A DNA stretch of 64,000 bases from Acidobacteriaceae bacterium (GTDB taxonomy: Bacteria > Acidobacteriota > Terriglobia > Terriglobales > Acidobacteriaceae), in contig JASHNS010000042.1 of the NCBI GenBank assembly GCA_030041515.1, positions 24,067-88,066 on the forward strand, read 5' to 3'. How positions within the stretch are numbered: position 1 is the stretch's first letter; each line of letters opens with the position of its first letter. The position numbers and the translations under genes are program-made. Shown here one piece after another: positions 18,025-27,064 of the stretch. Under the pieces are notes generated by a model. It was not told the DNA's origin. It did no database searches and saw only the letters and a program-made list of their open reading frames with translations.

Positions 18025-18039
18025 CGGAGATCGTCTCCG
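18025..18039. promoter_or_regulatory. Palindromic operator candidate 2 (CGGAGA-TCG-TCTCCG) in the tetR / SDR divergent region
   Basis: It is a perfect 6-3-6 inverted repeat preceded by AAC, with arms identical to site 1. Confidence 0.55.
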
Positions 18040-18109
18040 TTCTATTGGACGCAGCGGCGGCGCGTCAAGCGCCGATCCCATGAGGCTTGAAACCGACAGG
18101 AGGAGAACT

Positions 18110-18994
18110 ATGCGCGTTTTCGTTACCGGAGCAACCGGGTTTATCGGCTCTGCCGTCGTCAAGGAGCTTGCCGATGGGGGCCATCGAGTTCTGGGGCTGG
18201 CGCGTTCGGATGCCGCAGCACAATCGCTCACGGCGGACGGCGCCGAGGCGCATCGAGGTGACCTGGAGGATCTGGAGAGCCTGCGCCGCGGAGCGGCAGT
18301 GTGCGATGCCGTAATTCACACGGCGTTTCGGCACGACTGGTCACGGTTTGCGGAAAGCTGTGAGCTGGACAGGCGCGCGATCGAGGCAATCGGCTCGGTG
18401 CTTTCGGGGTCAAGCCGCCCCTTCATCGTCAGTTCCGGGGTTGGAACAGCTCAGGGGCGCGCCGCTACCGAGGACGATCCACCCTTGTCGTCTTCCTCTC
18501 TTCCACGTGTCTCCGAGGCGACAGCCGTTGCGCTGATGGACCGCGGTGTGGACGCGCGGGTGATGCGGCTGCCGCAGGTCCACGACACGGTAAAACAGGG
18601 CCTGGTTACACCCCTGATCGCCGTAGCGCGCGCCAGGGGCCTATCGGCATACGTCGGCGAAGGCCAGAACCGCTGGCCTGCGGCGCACGTCACGGATGTC
18701 GCCCAGCTTTACCGGCTTGCTCTGGAAAAGGGGACAGCAGGGGCCCGGTATCACGCGGTCGCCGAAGAAGGAGTGCCTCTCAAAGAGATCGCTGCGGCGA
18801 TCGGCCGCGGCCTGCGCGTGCCCGTGATTTCCATTTCGCAGGAGCAAGCCCAGGAGCATTTTGGGTTCCTCGGCTTCTTCGCGGGGAGAGATGCTCTGAC
18901 TTCAAGCGCGCAAACCCGAGGGAAGCTCGGATGGAACCCCACCGGCCCCTCGCTCCTGGCCGATCTGAACAACATGCGCTATGCGCAGATATGA
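18110..18994 (+). CDS. NAD(P)-binding NmrA/atypical-SDR family oxidoreductase
   Basis: ATG 18110 is preceded by AGGAGA. It has a Rossmann motif (MRVFVTGATGFIGSAVV). The upstream part of the track ORF overlaps the tetR gene and is not coding. Confidence 0.8.
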   Translation: MRVFVTGATGFIGSAVVKELADGGHRVLGLARSDAAAQSLTADGAEAHRGDLEDLESLRRGAAVCDAVIHTAFRHDWSRFAESCELDRRAIEAIGSVLSGSSRPFIVSSGVGTAQGRAATEDDPPLSSSSLPRVSEATAVALMDRGVDARVMRLPQVHDTVKQGLVTPLIAVARARGLSAYVGEGQNRWPAAHVTDVAQLYRLALEKGTAGARYHAVAEEGVPLKEIAAAIGRGLRVPVISISQEQAQEHFGFLGFFAGRDALTSSAQTRGKLGWNPTGPSLLADLNNMRYAQI

Positions 18995-19025
18995 ACGCAA
19001 CTTCGACAACGAGAAGGGAGCCGAA

Positions 19026-19865
19026 ATGACGAAGACATGGTTGATCACCGGCGCCTCGCGCGGTTTTGGGCGCATCTGGGCGGAAGCCGCCCTCCAGCGT
19101 GGCGATCGGGTGACCGCTACCGCCCGCAAACTGGGCGATGTTGCCGACCTCCAGAAACATTTCGGCGATGCGGTGCTTCCCCTCGCCCTCGACGTGACGA
19201 ATCCGGCACAGGTGCGGGAGGTTGTCGAGCGGGCGCACGCGCACTTCGGCAGGTTGGACGTGTTGGTCAACAATGCGGGCGTCAGCCTGCTGGCGGCCAC
19301 CGAAGAGGCCGATGACGCGCAGATCCGCGAAGTGTTCGACACGAACTACTTTGGCATGGTGCGGGTCCTCCGGGCCGCGCTGCCGCTGCTGCGGCGGCAG
19401 GGCAGCGGACATATCCTGGGTGTCTCGAGCGGTCTCGGAATCGGGGCGATGCCGCTCATCGGCTTTTACAGCGCGACGAAGTGGGCGGTGGAAGCGCTGC
19501 ACGAGGCGCTGGCGCAGGAGATCAGGGCATTCGGCATCCAGGTGACGATCATCGAACCGGGTGCCTACGCCACCGATTTCGGGAAGTCCGCGAGGATCGC
19601 GGAGGTCCACGAACCGTACGCAGACTTTCGGAAGCGGTTCATAGAGCGACTGGCCGATCTGGAGCGGGGGGAGCCGGAGGCAACAGCCGCCGCGATTCTC
19701 AGGCTCGTGGACGCGGAGAATCCGCCGCTGCGTCTGGCGCTGGGTTCCCAGCTTCTGCCGGGTGCGCGTGCTCTGTATGCCGAGCGCATCGCCACATGGG
19801 AGTCCTGGAAGGATGTCTCGAACGCAGCGCAGGGCCGGTCCGTGAAACATGCGGCCGGTTGGTAG
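19026..19865 (+). CDS. Classical short-chain dehydrogenase/reductase (SDR)
   Basis: ATG 19026. Motifs are TGASRGFG (cofactor), NNAG, and the S...YSATK catalytic motif. Confidence 0.85.
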   Translation: MTKTWLITGASRGFGRIWAEAALQRGDRVTATARKLGDVADLQKHFGDAVLPLALDVTNPAQVREVVERAHAHFGRLDVLVNNAGVSLLAATEEADDAQIREVFDTNYFGMVRVLRAALPLLRRQGSGHILGVSSGLGIGAMPLIGFYSATKWAVEALHEALAQEIRAFGIQVTIIEPGAYATDFGKSARIAEVHEPYADFRKRFIERLADLERGEPEATAAAILRLVDAENPPLRLALGSQLLPGARALYAERIATWESWKDVSNAAQGRSVKHAAGW

Positions 19866-19952
19866 CCGCTCCGTGGGCCGGCCGCGCAACATGCGGAGTC
19901 GGGCAGCGGCCTGCCAGCGCAACGTTGGTGGGTGCGCCCTCGCGCGGAGATA

Positions 19953-19961
19953 TGCTATAAA
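19953..19961 (+). promoter_or_regulatory. Extended -10 promoter candidate (TGCTATAAA) for the triple-adaptor pump operon
   Basis: This is the only AT-rich box in the 239-nt gap upstream of 20105. It is followed by the palindrome CTGCAGC-N9-GCTGCAG at 19985-20007. Confidence 0.35.
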
Positions 19962-20104
19962 GAATCCTCCCTTTCTGAGACATTCTGCAGCGGATTGTTT
20001 GCTGCAGTTGTTTCATGCTGGTTAGCTGCGGCGGTTCGGGAGTACGCAGAGATGTTATCGGGCTTGAAAGCCGCCACGCTGCGAAGACGGCCGTGACTGA
20101 CCGC

Positions 20105-21220
20105 ATGGCTGGGCCGGTCCGTCCGTCGGAGATCGTCCCAAAGCGGTCTCGCCGCAGGGTCGTGTATCCGGTCCTGATGGGGCTCGCGGCTCTGGCGGCG
20201 ATCGTTCTCATCGTGAGCCTGGCGCGCCGGTCACGGTCTTCGGCCAAATCTGCGAGCATCCTGTCTCCGGCGGCTTCCGAGCGAACCGGCGGTGCACTTC
20301 GTCTTACCGGCAAGACAGAAGCCGTGGAATCGCGGTCCATCCTGGCGCCACTTTTGGCCGGCCAGCAGACAGGGACGCTGACGATCACATGGCTGGTACC
20401 CAACGGGACACGCGTGAAGCCCGGCGACCTGCTGGTCGAATTCGACCGCGCAGCGCAGATTCGGGATGCCATGGATAAGCAGGCGCAGAGCAGCGACGAG
20501 AACGATAAGGTGCTGGAGGCGCAGGCCAAGGAAATTGCCGACAGCGCCAAAGACGAGACGGACATCGTGCAGGCGGAAGACAGCCTGCGCAAGGCCCAGC
20601 TGGAGATGCGCAAAATCAGCATCGTGTCGCGCATCGACGCGGAGAAGACCCGCGAAGATCTTGATGAAGCGCAGGCTACGCTGGCGCAGTTGAAGGAGAC
20701 GTTCAGCCTGAAGCGCAAGGCAGCGGCGGCTGCCATCCGCAGTCTTGAAATCGAGCGTGACCGGACCCGGGCGACCATGCTGCACGCGCAGGCGAACGCC
20801 GCTCTGATGGAGATCCACTCGCCCATCGGCGGTATCGTGGTGCTGAACAGCATCTGGAAAGAGGGCAACATGGGCGAGGTGCAGGAGGGCGATCAGGTGC
20901 GCCCCGGCGTTCCCTTTATGCAGGTGGTCAACCCGTCGACGATGGAGGTGCAGGTGAAGGTCAATCAGGACGACCTTCTCGCTTTGAGGGCAGGCCAGCC
21001 GGCGCGCGTCTATTTGGACGCCTATCCGGATCTGAACTTTTCAGGACATTTGGAATCCGTCGATCCCATGGGCCAGCCAGGGGACTTTTCGCCAGGAATG
21101 CGCACCTTTGCCGCGACCTTCTCGCTGGTAGGCAGCGATCCGCGCCTGATGCCGGATCTTTCAGCCGCCGTGGAGATTCAACCGGCTGATGCCACCGGCG
21201 GGAAGGATGGCGGACCGTGA
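20105..21220 (+). CDS. HlyD/MFP-family periplasmic adaptor subunit, paralog 1 of 3
   Basis: ATG 20105. It has one N-terminal TM helix (VVYPVLMGLAALAAIVLIVSLA), a lipoyl-like segment (VKPGDLLVEFD), a long coiled coil, and a beta-barrel (IHSPIGGIVV...GQPARVYLDAYPD). Confidence 0.85.
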   Translation: MAGPVRPSEIVPKRSRRRVVYPVLMGLAALAAIVLIVSLARRSRSSAKSASILSPAASERTGGALRLTGKTEAVESRSILAPLLAGQQTGTLTITWLVPNGTRVKPGDLLVEFDRAAQIRDAMDKQAQSSDENDKVLEAQAKEIADSAKDETDIVQAEDSLRKAQLEMRKISIVSRIDAEKTREDLDEAQATLAQLKETFSLKRKAAAAAIRSLEIERDRTRATMLHAQANAALMEIHSPIGGIVVLNSIWKEGNMGEVQEGDQVRPGVPFMQVVNPSTMEVQVKVNQDDLLALRAGQPARVYLDAYPDLNFSGHLESVDPMGQPGDFSPGMRTFAATFSLVGSDPRLMPDLSAAVEIQPADATGGKDGGP

Positions 21221-22461
21221 GGGGCTCTCTGAGCAAGCTGATCCGGCGGCCCCAGGCCATCGGAGTTGCGGCGTTCCTGGTGTCCTGCGGGGCCATTGCC
21301 GGGTTCGTCCGCTATTCACGGCGTCCGCCTCCGACCGCGACCTATCGCGTGACGCGCGGAGAATTTCTGGACGTTCTTCAGCTTCGAGGCCAGCTCAGGG
21401 CGATGAAGTCGGTCGATATCAATGCCCCGGCCAACGTCGGTATGCTTCAGATTCTCAGCATCGCCAACGACGGGGCGCACGTGAAGGCCGGGGATGTCAT
21501 TTCTCAGTTCGACCCGTCGAAAGCCAAACAGGATCTGGCGCAGGACAACTCGACGCTGAAATCGGCGCTTGCGGATATCGATCAGGCGCGGGCGCAGGCG
21601 CTGCTGACCGAAGAACAGGACACCACAGCCGTCATGAAGGCGCGTTTCGACGTGCAGACCGCTCGCATCAACGCAGGCGAGAAGGAAATTCTCTCGCAGA
21701 TTGACGGAGCGGAAGCCGAACTGAAGCTTGCCGACGCCCAGCAAACGCTGAATCAGGCGGAAGCGAAGCTGAAGTCGGACCGGCTGTCGGATCGGGCGAC
21801 CATCGCCGATAAAGTGGACGCCAGCCGCAAGGCGCGCTACGACGTGGAGCGTGCCTCACAGGCTCTGGCGGCCATGACGCTGCGCTCGCCCGCCGCGGGG
21901 ATGATCACTCTTGTTCCGGTTTGGCACAATGGAGGCGTTGGACCATTCAAAGCCGGGGAACAGGCGTGGTCGGGGGCGCCGATCGCGGAAATCCCCTATG
22001 CCGCGTCCCTGCGTGTGACCACCCGCGTGGATGAAACAGAGCGGGGACGCCTGGCAGTGGGCCAGCCGGTGACGGTCCAGGTGGATGCCATCGACAACCG
22101 GCAGTTCACGGGCAAAGTGGTGAAGATCGGCACGATCGCCACGGAAGACTACTCCGCAGGCTGGCCGATCCCGCGCAACTTCGATGTGCAGATTGTGCTC
22201 CATCAGACCGACCAGCGTTTGAAGCCGGGCATGACGGTCCAGGTGACCGTCATTGTCGATCGGGTGCCGAATGCCATCAGCCTTCCCGCGCAGGCATCCT
22301 TCCTGCGATCGGGAGAGACAGTCGCTTACGTGTGGGATGGTTCGGCTTTCCGGGCGCGTCCCATTCAGATCGCCCGCAGAAGCCGGGACAGAATCCTGAT
22401 CGCAGGCGGTCTGCGTGCCGGAGATCTGGTGGCGCTGAACGATCCAACAGCAACGGAGTAG
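21217..22461 (+). CDS. HlyD/MFP-family periplasmic adaptor subunit, paralog 2 of 3
   Basis: The GTG start overlaps the upstream stop (GTGA). The architecture matches paralog 1: a TM anchor, VKAGDVISQFD, a coiled coil, then LRSPAAGMITLV...GQPVTVQVDAIDN. Confidence 0.85.
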   Translation: MRGSLSKLIRRPQAIGVAAFLVSCGAIAGFVRYSRRPPPTATYRVTRGEFLDVLQLRGQLRAMKSVDINAPANVGMLQILSIANDGAHVKAGDVISQFDPSKAKQDLAQDNSTLKSALADIDQARAQALLTEEQDTTAVMKARFDVQTARINAGEKEILSQIDGAEAELKLADAQQTLNQAEAKLKSDRLSDRATIADKVDASRKARYDVERASQALAAMTLRSPAAGMITLVPVWHNGGVGPFKAGEQAWSGAPIAEIPYAASLRVTTRVDETERGRLAVGQPVTVQVDAIDNRQFTGKVVKIGTIATEDYSAGWPIPRNFDVQIVLHQTDQRLKPGMTVQVTVIVDRVPNAISLPAQASFLRSGETVAYVWDGSAFRARPIQIARRSRDRILIAGGLRAGDLVALNDPTATE

Positions 22462-22465
22462 GCCC

Positions 22466-23776
22466 ATGAAGAAGACCAGACATACCCTGGCGTGGACAGT
22501 GGGCGGTGTGCTGCTGGCAGCGGCGGCGAGTCTGGCGGCAATTCCCCGCAACCGGCACGCGGATACCGGCGGCAGTGAGATCCCCCTGGCGGTGGTGCAG
22601 CGCGGCGAAATCAATCTGCAGGTGCACTCGACCGGGGAGTTGCAGGCCAGCCGCGTGGTGGTGCTCACGGCTCCAACCCTGGGCGGAGACAGCCTGCAGA
22701 TCACGCAACTGGCAAACACCGGCAAACCGGTGCACAAGGGCGACGTGGTCATCGAGTTCGACCCGACGGAACAGCAGTACAAGCTGGAGCAGAGCCGTTC
22801 GGAACTCGAGGAGGCGCAACAGGAGATTATCAAGGCCAGAGCCGACGCCGCAGTGCTCACCGCCCAGGACAAAGTCGATCTGCTCAAGGCGCACTACGAC
22901 GTGCGCAAGGCGGAGCTGGATGTCCAGAAAGACCCGCTGCTCAGCCAAATCGACGGGGAGAAAAACCAGCTTGCTCTGGAGCAGGCAAACCGTGTGCTTG
23001 CCGAAGAGGAAAAAGACATCCAGTCGCATGCCGATTCAGGCAAAGCGTCCGTCTACCTCGCACAGCAAAAATACGACAAGGCGAAGCTGGAGATGGACGA
23101 GGCGCAGCAGAACCTCGGCAAGATGAAGGTCGCCGCGCCGATGGACGGGCTGGTGTCGATCCAGAAAAACTGGCAAGCCGCGGGCGGGATCTACTTCACA
23201 GGCATGACACTGCCGGATTTCCGTCCCGGAGATGTCACCTATCCGGGAACGCCCATCGCGCAGGTTATCGACCCCATGGAGATGAACCTGGTCTGCCAGG
23301 TGAACGAGTCGGATCGCAGCAACGTGCACCCTGGCCAGGCCGTGGAGATCAACTTCTATGCGATGCCGGACAAGACGTTCCGGGGCAAAGTGAGCAACGT
23401 TGCGGGCATGTCGTCGCAGGGAATCTTCTCCGCGGCCAGTTCGGAGGGCACGTTTGCGGTGTCCATTCAGGTCGCTGATCTGGATCCGCGGCTGCGCCCG
23501 GGCCTCACCGGAGATGTGCTCTTTCTGGGACAAAGCCGGAAAAACCTGCTCTACATTCCGCGTATCGCAATCTTCGTGAAGGACGGGAAGCAGATCGTCT
23601 ATGTCAGGAGGGAGAGCGATTACGATCCGCAGCCGGTGAAGATCCTGTACGAAAACGAAAGCCGGGCAGCGGTGGAGGGATTGAGGGAAGGCGATACCGT
23701 CGCACTGATCGATCCCACTGCGCCCATCCGGAACAACCCTTCCGGGGGAAGCTCCGCGACCGGAGGGACTTTCTGA
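22466..23776 (+). CDS. HlyD/MFP-family periplasmic adaptor subunit, paralog 3 of 3
   Basis: The ATG lies 4 nt after the previous stop, with GGAG upstream. It has a TM anchor, VHKGDVVIEFD, a coiled coil, then VAAPMDGLVSIQ...GQAVEINFYAMPD. Confidence 0.85.
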   Translation: MKKTRHTLAWTVGGVLLAAAASLAAIPRNRHADTGGSEIPLAVVQRGEINLQVHSTGELQASRVVVLTAPTLGGDSLQITQLANTGKPVHKGDVVIEFDPTEQQYKLEQSRSELEEAQQEIIKARADAAVLTAQDKVDLLKAHYDVRKAELDVQKDPLLSQIDGEKNQLALEQANRVLAEEEKDIQSHADSGKASVYLAQQKYDKAKLEMDEAQQNLGKMKVAAPMDGLVSIQKNWQAAGGIYFTGMTLPDFRPGDVTYPGTPIAQVIDPMEMNLVCQVNESDRSNVHPGQAVEINFYAMPDKTFRGKVSNVAGMSSQGIFSAASSEGTFAVSIQVADLDPRLRPGLTGDVLFLGQSRKNLLYIPRIAIFVKDGKQIVYVRRESDYDPQPVKILYENESRAAVEGLREGDTVALIDPTAPIRNNPSGGSSATGGTF

Positions 23777-25068
23777 TGCCCACTCTGGAAACCGTGATTC
23801 CGTCGCGCCTGGGGTCGATTTACCGGCAGTGGACACGGGATGCGCAGCTGGGCATCCAGAACCTGATGGTGCACGGGCTGCGATCTTTCCTGACCATGCT
23901 GGGGATGATCTTCGGCGTTGCGGCGGTCGTGGCCATGCTGTCGATCGGGGCCGGCGCCCGGCAGAAAGTGATGGCGTTCATCGAACAGATGGGCGTCCGG
24001 AATCTGATCGTCGAAGCAAAGCAGACGCTGGAGTGGCAGGCACACGCGAAAATCCGCCGCACATCGCCGGGCCTGACCCTGCGGGACTTTCGCATTCTCG
24101 AGGACGATGTCTCCGGCATCGGCGCGGCAACGCCGCGGAAGAGCATGACACCGTCCACTCTGATTCCGAAATCCCAGCAGGACATGCCGGAGGTCTATGG
24201 GGTCGATCCTGATTATCAGACGATCGCCGGACTGCGCGTTCTCCAGGGCAGGTTTTTCACGGAGGAGGAGGAAAAGCGCGCGGCTCCGGTGTGCGTGCTG
24301 GGAGCGGCGGCCCGATGGAACCTCTTCGGAGCGGCGAATGCCGTGGGGCAATATGTCAAAGTCAACCAGCAGTGGTTCCGGGTGATCGGCATCGCGGGCT
24401 CTCAGCTGGCTGCGGGAACGGAGATCGCGGGCCTTCCCGAGACCGACGTGAACAACATTATCTATATGCCGCTGAATGCCGCACTGTTTCGACTGGAAGA
24501 CACGTACAGCGATGTCCGCGATGAGATCGACGGGATTTACCTGCACATGGACGCCAATGCCGACATTCCCCAGGCGGAGCAAGTGGTGCGGGCTGTTCTC
24601 CGCTCCACGCATCACGGGGCCGACGACTACAGCGTCATCGTGCCAGCGGAGTTGCTGGCAGAACAAAAGCGGACGGAGCAGCTCTTTAATGCAGTGATGG
24701 TCGCGATTGCCTCGGTTTCGCTCATCGTGGGCGGCATCGGGATCATGAACATCATGCTGGCCAGCATCCTTGAGCGCACCCGCGAAATCGGGCTGCGCCG
24801 CGCTGTCGGCGCTCGCCAGTCGGATATCGTCCGCCAGTTCGTGGTCGAAGCCACGATCATCTCCATCGCCGGCGGAACGATCGGAGTCATTCTGGGCTTC
24901 ATTGTTTCCCGCCTCATCGCGTGGCTCGCCGGATGGTCGACGATCGTCACGCCTGCATCGGTGGCGCTCGGTTTTATGGTCTCTATTTCAGTCGGACTCA
25001 TCTTTGGCATTTATCCCGCCAGAAAGGCCGCGCGCCTCGATCCCGTGGAGGCAATCCGTTATGAATAA
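23776..25068 (+). CDS. MacB-type ABC-transporter permease (MacB_PCD + FtsX) lacking a nucleotide-binding domain
   Basis: The ATG overlaps the upstream stop (TGATG). The product is 430 aa: TM1 (LRSFLTMLGMIFGVAAVVAML), a periplasmic domain, and a C-terminal FtsX bundle (TREIGLRRAVGARQSDI). It has no Walker motifs. Confidence 0.85.
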   Translation: MPTLETVIPSRLGSIYRQWTRDAQLGIQNLMVHGLRSFLTMLGMIFGVAAVVAMLSIGAGARQKVMAFIEQMGVRNLIVEAKQTLEWQAHAKIRRTSPGLTLRDFRILEDDVSGIGAATPRKSMTPSTLIPKSQQDMPEVYGVDPDYQTIAGLRVLQGRFFTEEEEKRAAPVCVLGAAARWNLFGAANAVGQYVKVNQQWFRVIGIAGSQLAAGTEIAGLPETDVNNIIYMPLNAALFRLEDTYSDVRDEIDGIYLHMDANADIPQAEQVVRAVLRSTHHGADDYSVIVPAELLAEQKRTEQLFNAVMVAIASVSLIVGGIGIMNIMLASILERTREIGLRRAVGARQSDIVRQFVVEATIISIAGGTIGVILGFIVSRLIAWLAGWSTIVTPASVALGFMVSISVGLIFGIYPARKAARLDPVEAIRYE

Positions 25069-25136
25069 TGGTCTGCCCTTCTCACAACCTGCTCTACCCC
25101 GCTCGCGTTCGATCGCCATGTTTCTGGAGCCTGCGC

Positions 25137-26780
25137 ATGAAAGTTGGTCGTCCCGGTGTGCTTTCTCTCGCGTTTCTCACGCTGCTTCTGCCGCTGCATG
25201 CGCAGTCGCTGAAGAATTATCGCAGGGCGCTTCCCCAGGACGTGCTGTCCGGCAAGCTCGCTGATTCGCATCATCTGGGCGATTACGTGGTGAACGGCAA
25301 GCTCACTCTGGGGCTCCGGGATGCCATCCTTCTTGCGCTGGAGAACAACAGCAATGTGCGTGTGGAAGAGACTCAGATCGAGAACCAGCGGATGTCCGTG
25401 CTCGGCGCCTATGCGCCGTTCGACGCCCTGCTGCAGGGGATGCTGAACGTCAATCGATACTCAACGCCAGGGTATACGGCCTTGCAGGGTGTGGGCCAGT
25501 CCAGCGCATCGACGCTGAATTCCCTGAGCCAAATTGGGCAGATCAGCTATTCTCAGACCTTCTCCACGGGGACGAATTTTCAGGCGACGGTTTCGAGCAA
25601 CAAGAACTCCACCAACAGCTCCTTCCTTTTCTACAATCCTTTTTACAGTTCCGACATCGAACTTCAGTTCACGCAGCCGCTTCTTCGTGGAGCGGGCCGC
25701 TTCGCCAACCTGGCCCCGATTATCATTGCGCGCCGCGAGCTCTCCGAGTCGGAGGAGAGCTTTCAGGCGGAGGTCAGCAACACCATCCTTCAGGTCGTGC
25801 AGCAGTACTGGGGGGCGGTGCAGGCGCAGGGCAATCTGGATGTGAGCCGGCAGTCCATGAAGCTGGCGCAATCCAGCTACGATCGGGATAAGAAGGCGCT
25901 TTCGCTCGGCGCTCTGCCGCCTTTGGATATTTACCGCTCGGAATCAGAGCTGGCGGCCAGACGCGTGGACATCATTCAGGCGCAGTCGAATCTGGTGCAG
26001 GCGGACGACGCACTGCGGCTGATCATCGGCGCTGACCAGGATGCGCAGTGGCGCTCCCTTCCGCTGGTTCTCACCGAAAACCCTGTGCCGCAGGGTGAAC
26101 TCGAAAGCGTGAACGCCGATGCGGAGCTCGCTGAGGCGCTGGCCCGCCGTCCGGAAATCGCCATGTATGAGGATGCTCTCGAAGCCGACCATCTGAGCAT
26201 CCGTCTTGCCCACAATCAACTCCGGCCCAACCTTTCGCTGCAGGGCTTCTATCAGACCAGCGGTCTCGGCGGGAACCAATACAACCTGACGACGGGGCAG
26301 CTGATTTCCACGGGCGGATTCAATTCGTCCTTCGGGCAGGTATTCGGTTTCGACTTTCCGGGCTACGGCGCGACGCTGAATCTGCAGTTCCCCTTCAGGA
26401 ATCACCAGGCCGAAGCGGCGCTGGGCAATGCGCTGGTGGCGCAATCCCACGATCGCTACTCCTCCCGCCAGATCCGGGAGCAGATCACGCGAGACGTCGC
26501 CGATGCGGTCGTGCAGCTCAACCAGGCAAAACTGGCTCTGGAAGCTGCCAAGTCCAGCTACGGCCTGGCCCAGAAATCTCTGCAGGCGGACCAGCAGAAA
26601 TATGAGCTCGGGGCGGAGACGATTTTCTTCGTGCTGGACTCGCAGTCGCGGCTCGCGCAGGCAGAATCCGTGCTGCTGCAGACGGAAGTGAGCTACCAGG
26701 TCGCGCTCGCCTCACTCAATTGGGCGACCGGCGACAATCTGTCTCCCTGGAGCATTCAGATTCGGGATTTGTCCAGGTAG
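25137..26780 (+). CDS. TolC-family outer-membrane efflux protein
   Basis: ATG 25137 gives the signal peptide MKVGRPGVLSLAFLTLLLPLHAQS. There are two OEP repeats, with the long helical/beta pattern typical of TolC. Confidence 0.85.
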   Translation: MKVGRPGVLSLAFLTLLLPLHAQSLKNYRRALPQDVLSGKLADSHHLGDYVVNGKLTLGLRDAILLALENNSNVRVEETQIENQRMSVLGAYAPFDALLQGMLNVNRYSTPGYTALQGVGQSSASTLNSLSQIGQISYSQTFSTGTNFQATVSSNKNSTNSSFLFYNPFYSSDIELQFTQPLLRGAGRFANLAPIIIARRELSESEESFQAEVSNTILQVVQQYWGAVQAQGNLDVSRQSMKLAQSSYDRDKKALSLGALPPLDIYRSESELAARRVDIIQAQSNLVQADDALRLIIGADQDAQWRSLPLVLTENPVPQGELESVNADAELAEALARRPEIAMYEDALEADHLSIRLAHNQLRPNLSLQGFYQTSGLGGNQYNLTTGQLISTGGFNSSFGQVFGFDFPGYGATLNLQFPFRNHQAEAALGNALVAQSHDRYSSRQIREQITRDVADAVVQLNQAKLALEAAKSSYGLAQKSLQADQQKYELGAETIFFVLDSQSRLAQAESVLLQTEVSYQVALASLNWATGDNLSPWSIQIRDLSR

Positions 26781-26912
26781 TCGCAGCGCCGGGCCGGACG
26801 AAGGATGGGGTGAACTGAAAAGGCTCGCGCCGCGGATGACAGAGGTCCCGAATGGGATGGTGAATGCGCGGCTGAGGGTCTGAACGCTGCCCGGCTCTCC
26901 AGGCAGGTGGTT

Positions 26913-26988
26913 TGGTGGAGCTAGTCGGGATCGAACCGACGACCTCATCGTTGCGAACGATGCGCTCTCCCAGCTGAGCTATAGCCCC
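26913..26988 (-). tRNA. tRNA-Ala (anticodon CGC), CCA encoded
   Basis: The reverse complement folds as a 76-nt cloverleaf: acceptor GGGGCTA/TAGCTCC with G3:U70, D arm GCTC/GAGC, anticodon stem CATCG/CGATG with loop TTCGCAA, and T arm GTCGG-TTCGATC-CCGAC. Confidence 0.95.
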
Positions 26989-27012
26989 ACAAGGCGGGAA
27001 CAGACCTCTTTG

Positions 27013-27018
27013 ATTTTA
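27013..27018 (-). promoter_or_regulatory. -10-like box (TAAAAT) 25 nt upstream of tRNA-Ala
   Basis: It lies in the 76-nt alaX-tRNA spacer. There is no convincing -35. Confidence 0.3.
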
Positions 27019-27064
27019 CGGTATTCGGAGGTGGATCGCACCTGCCAGCTGCTGCCCGGGGCCC

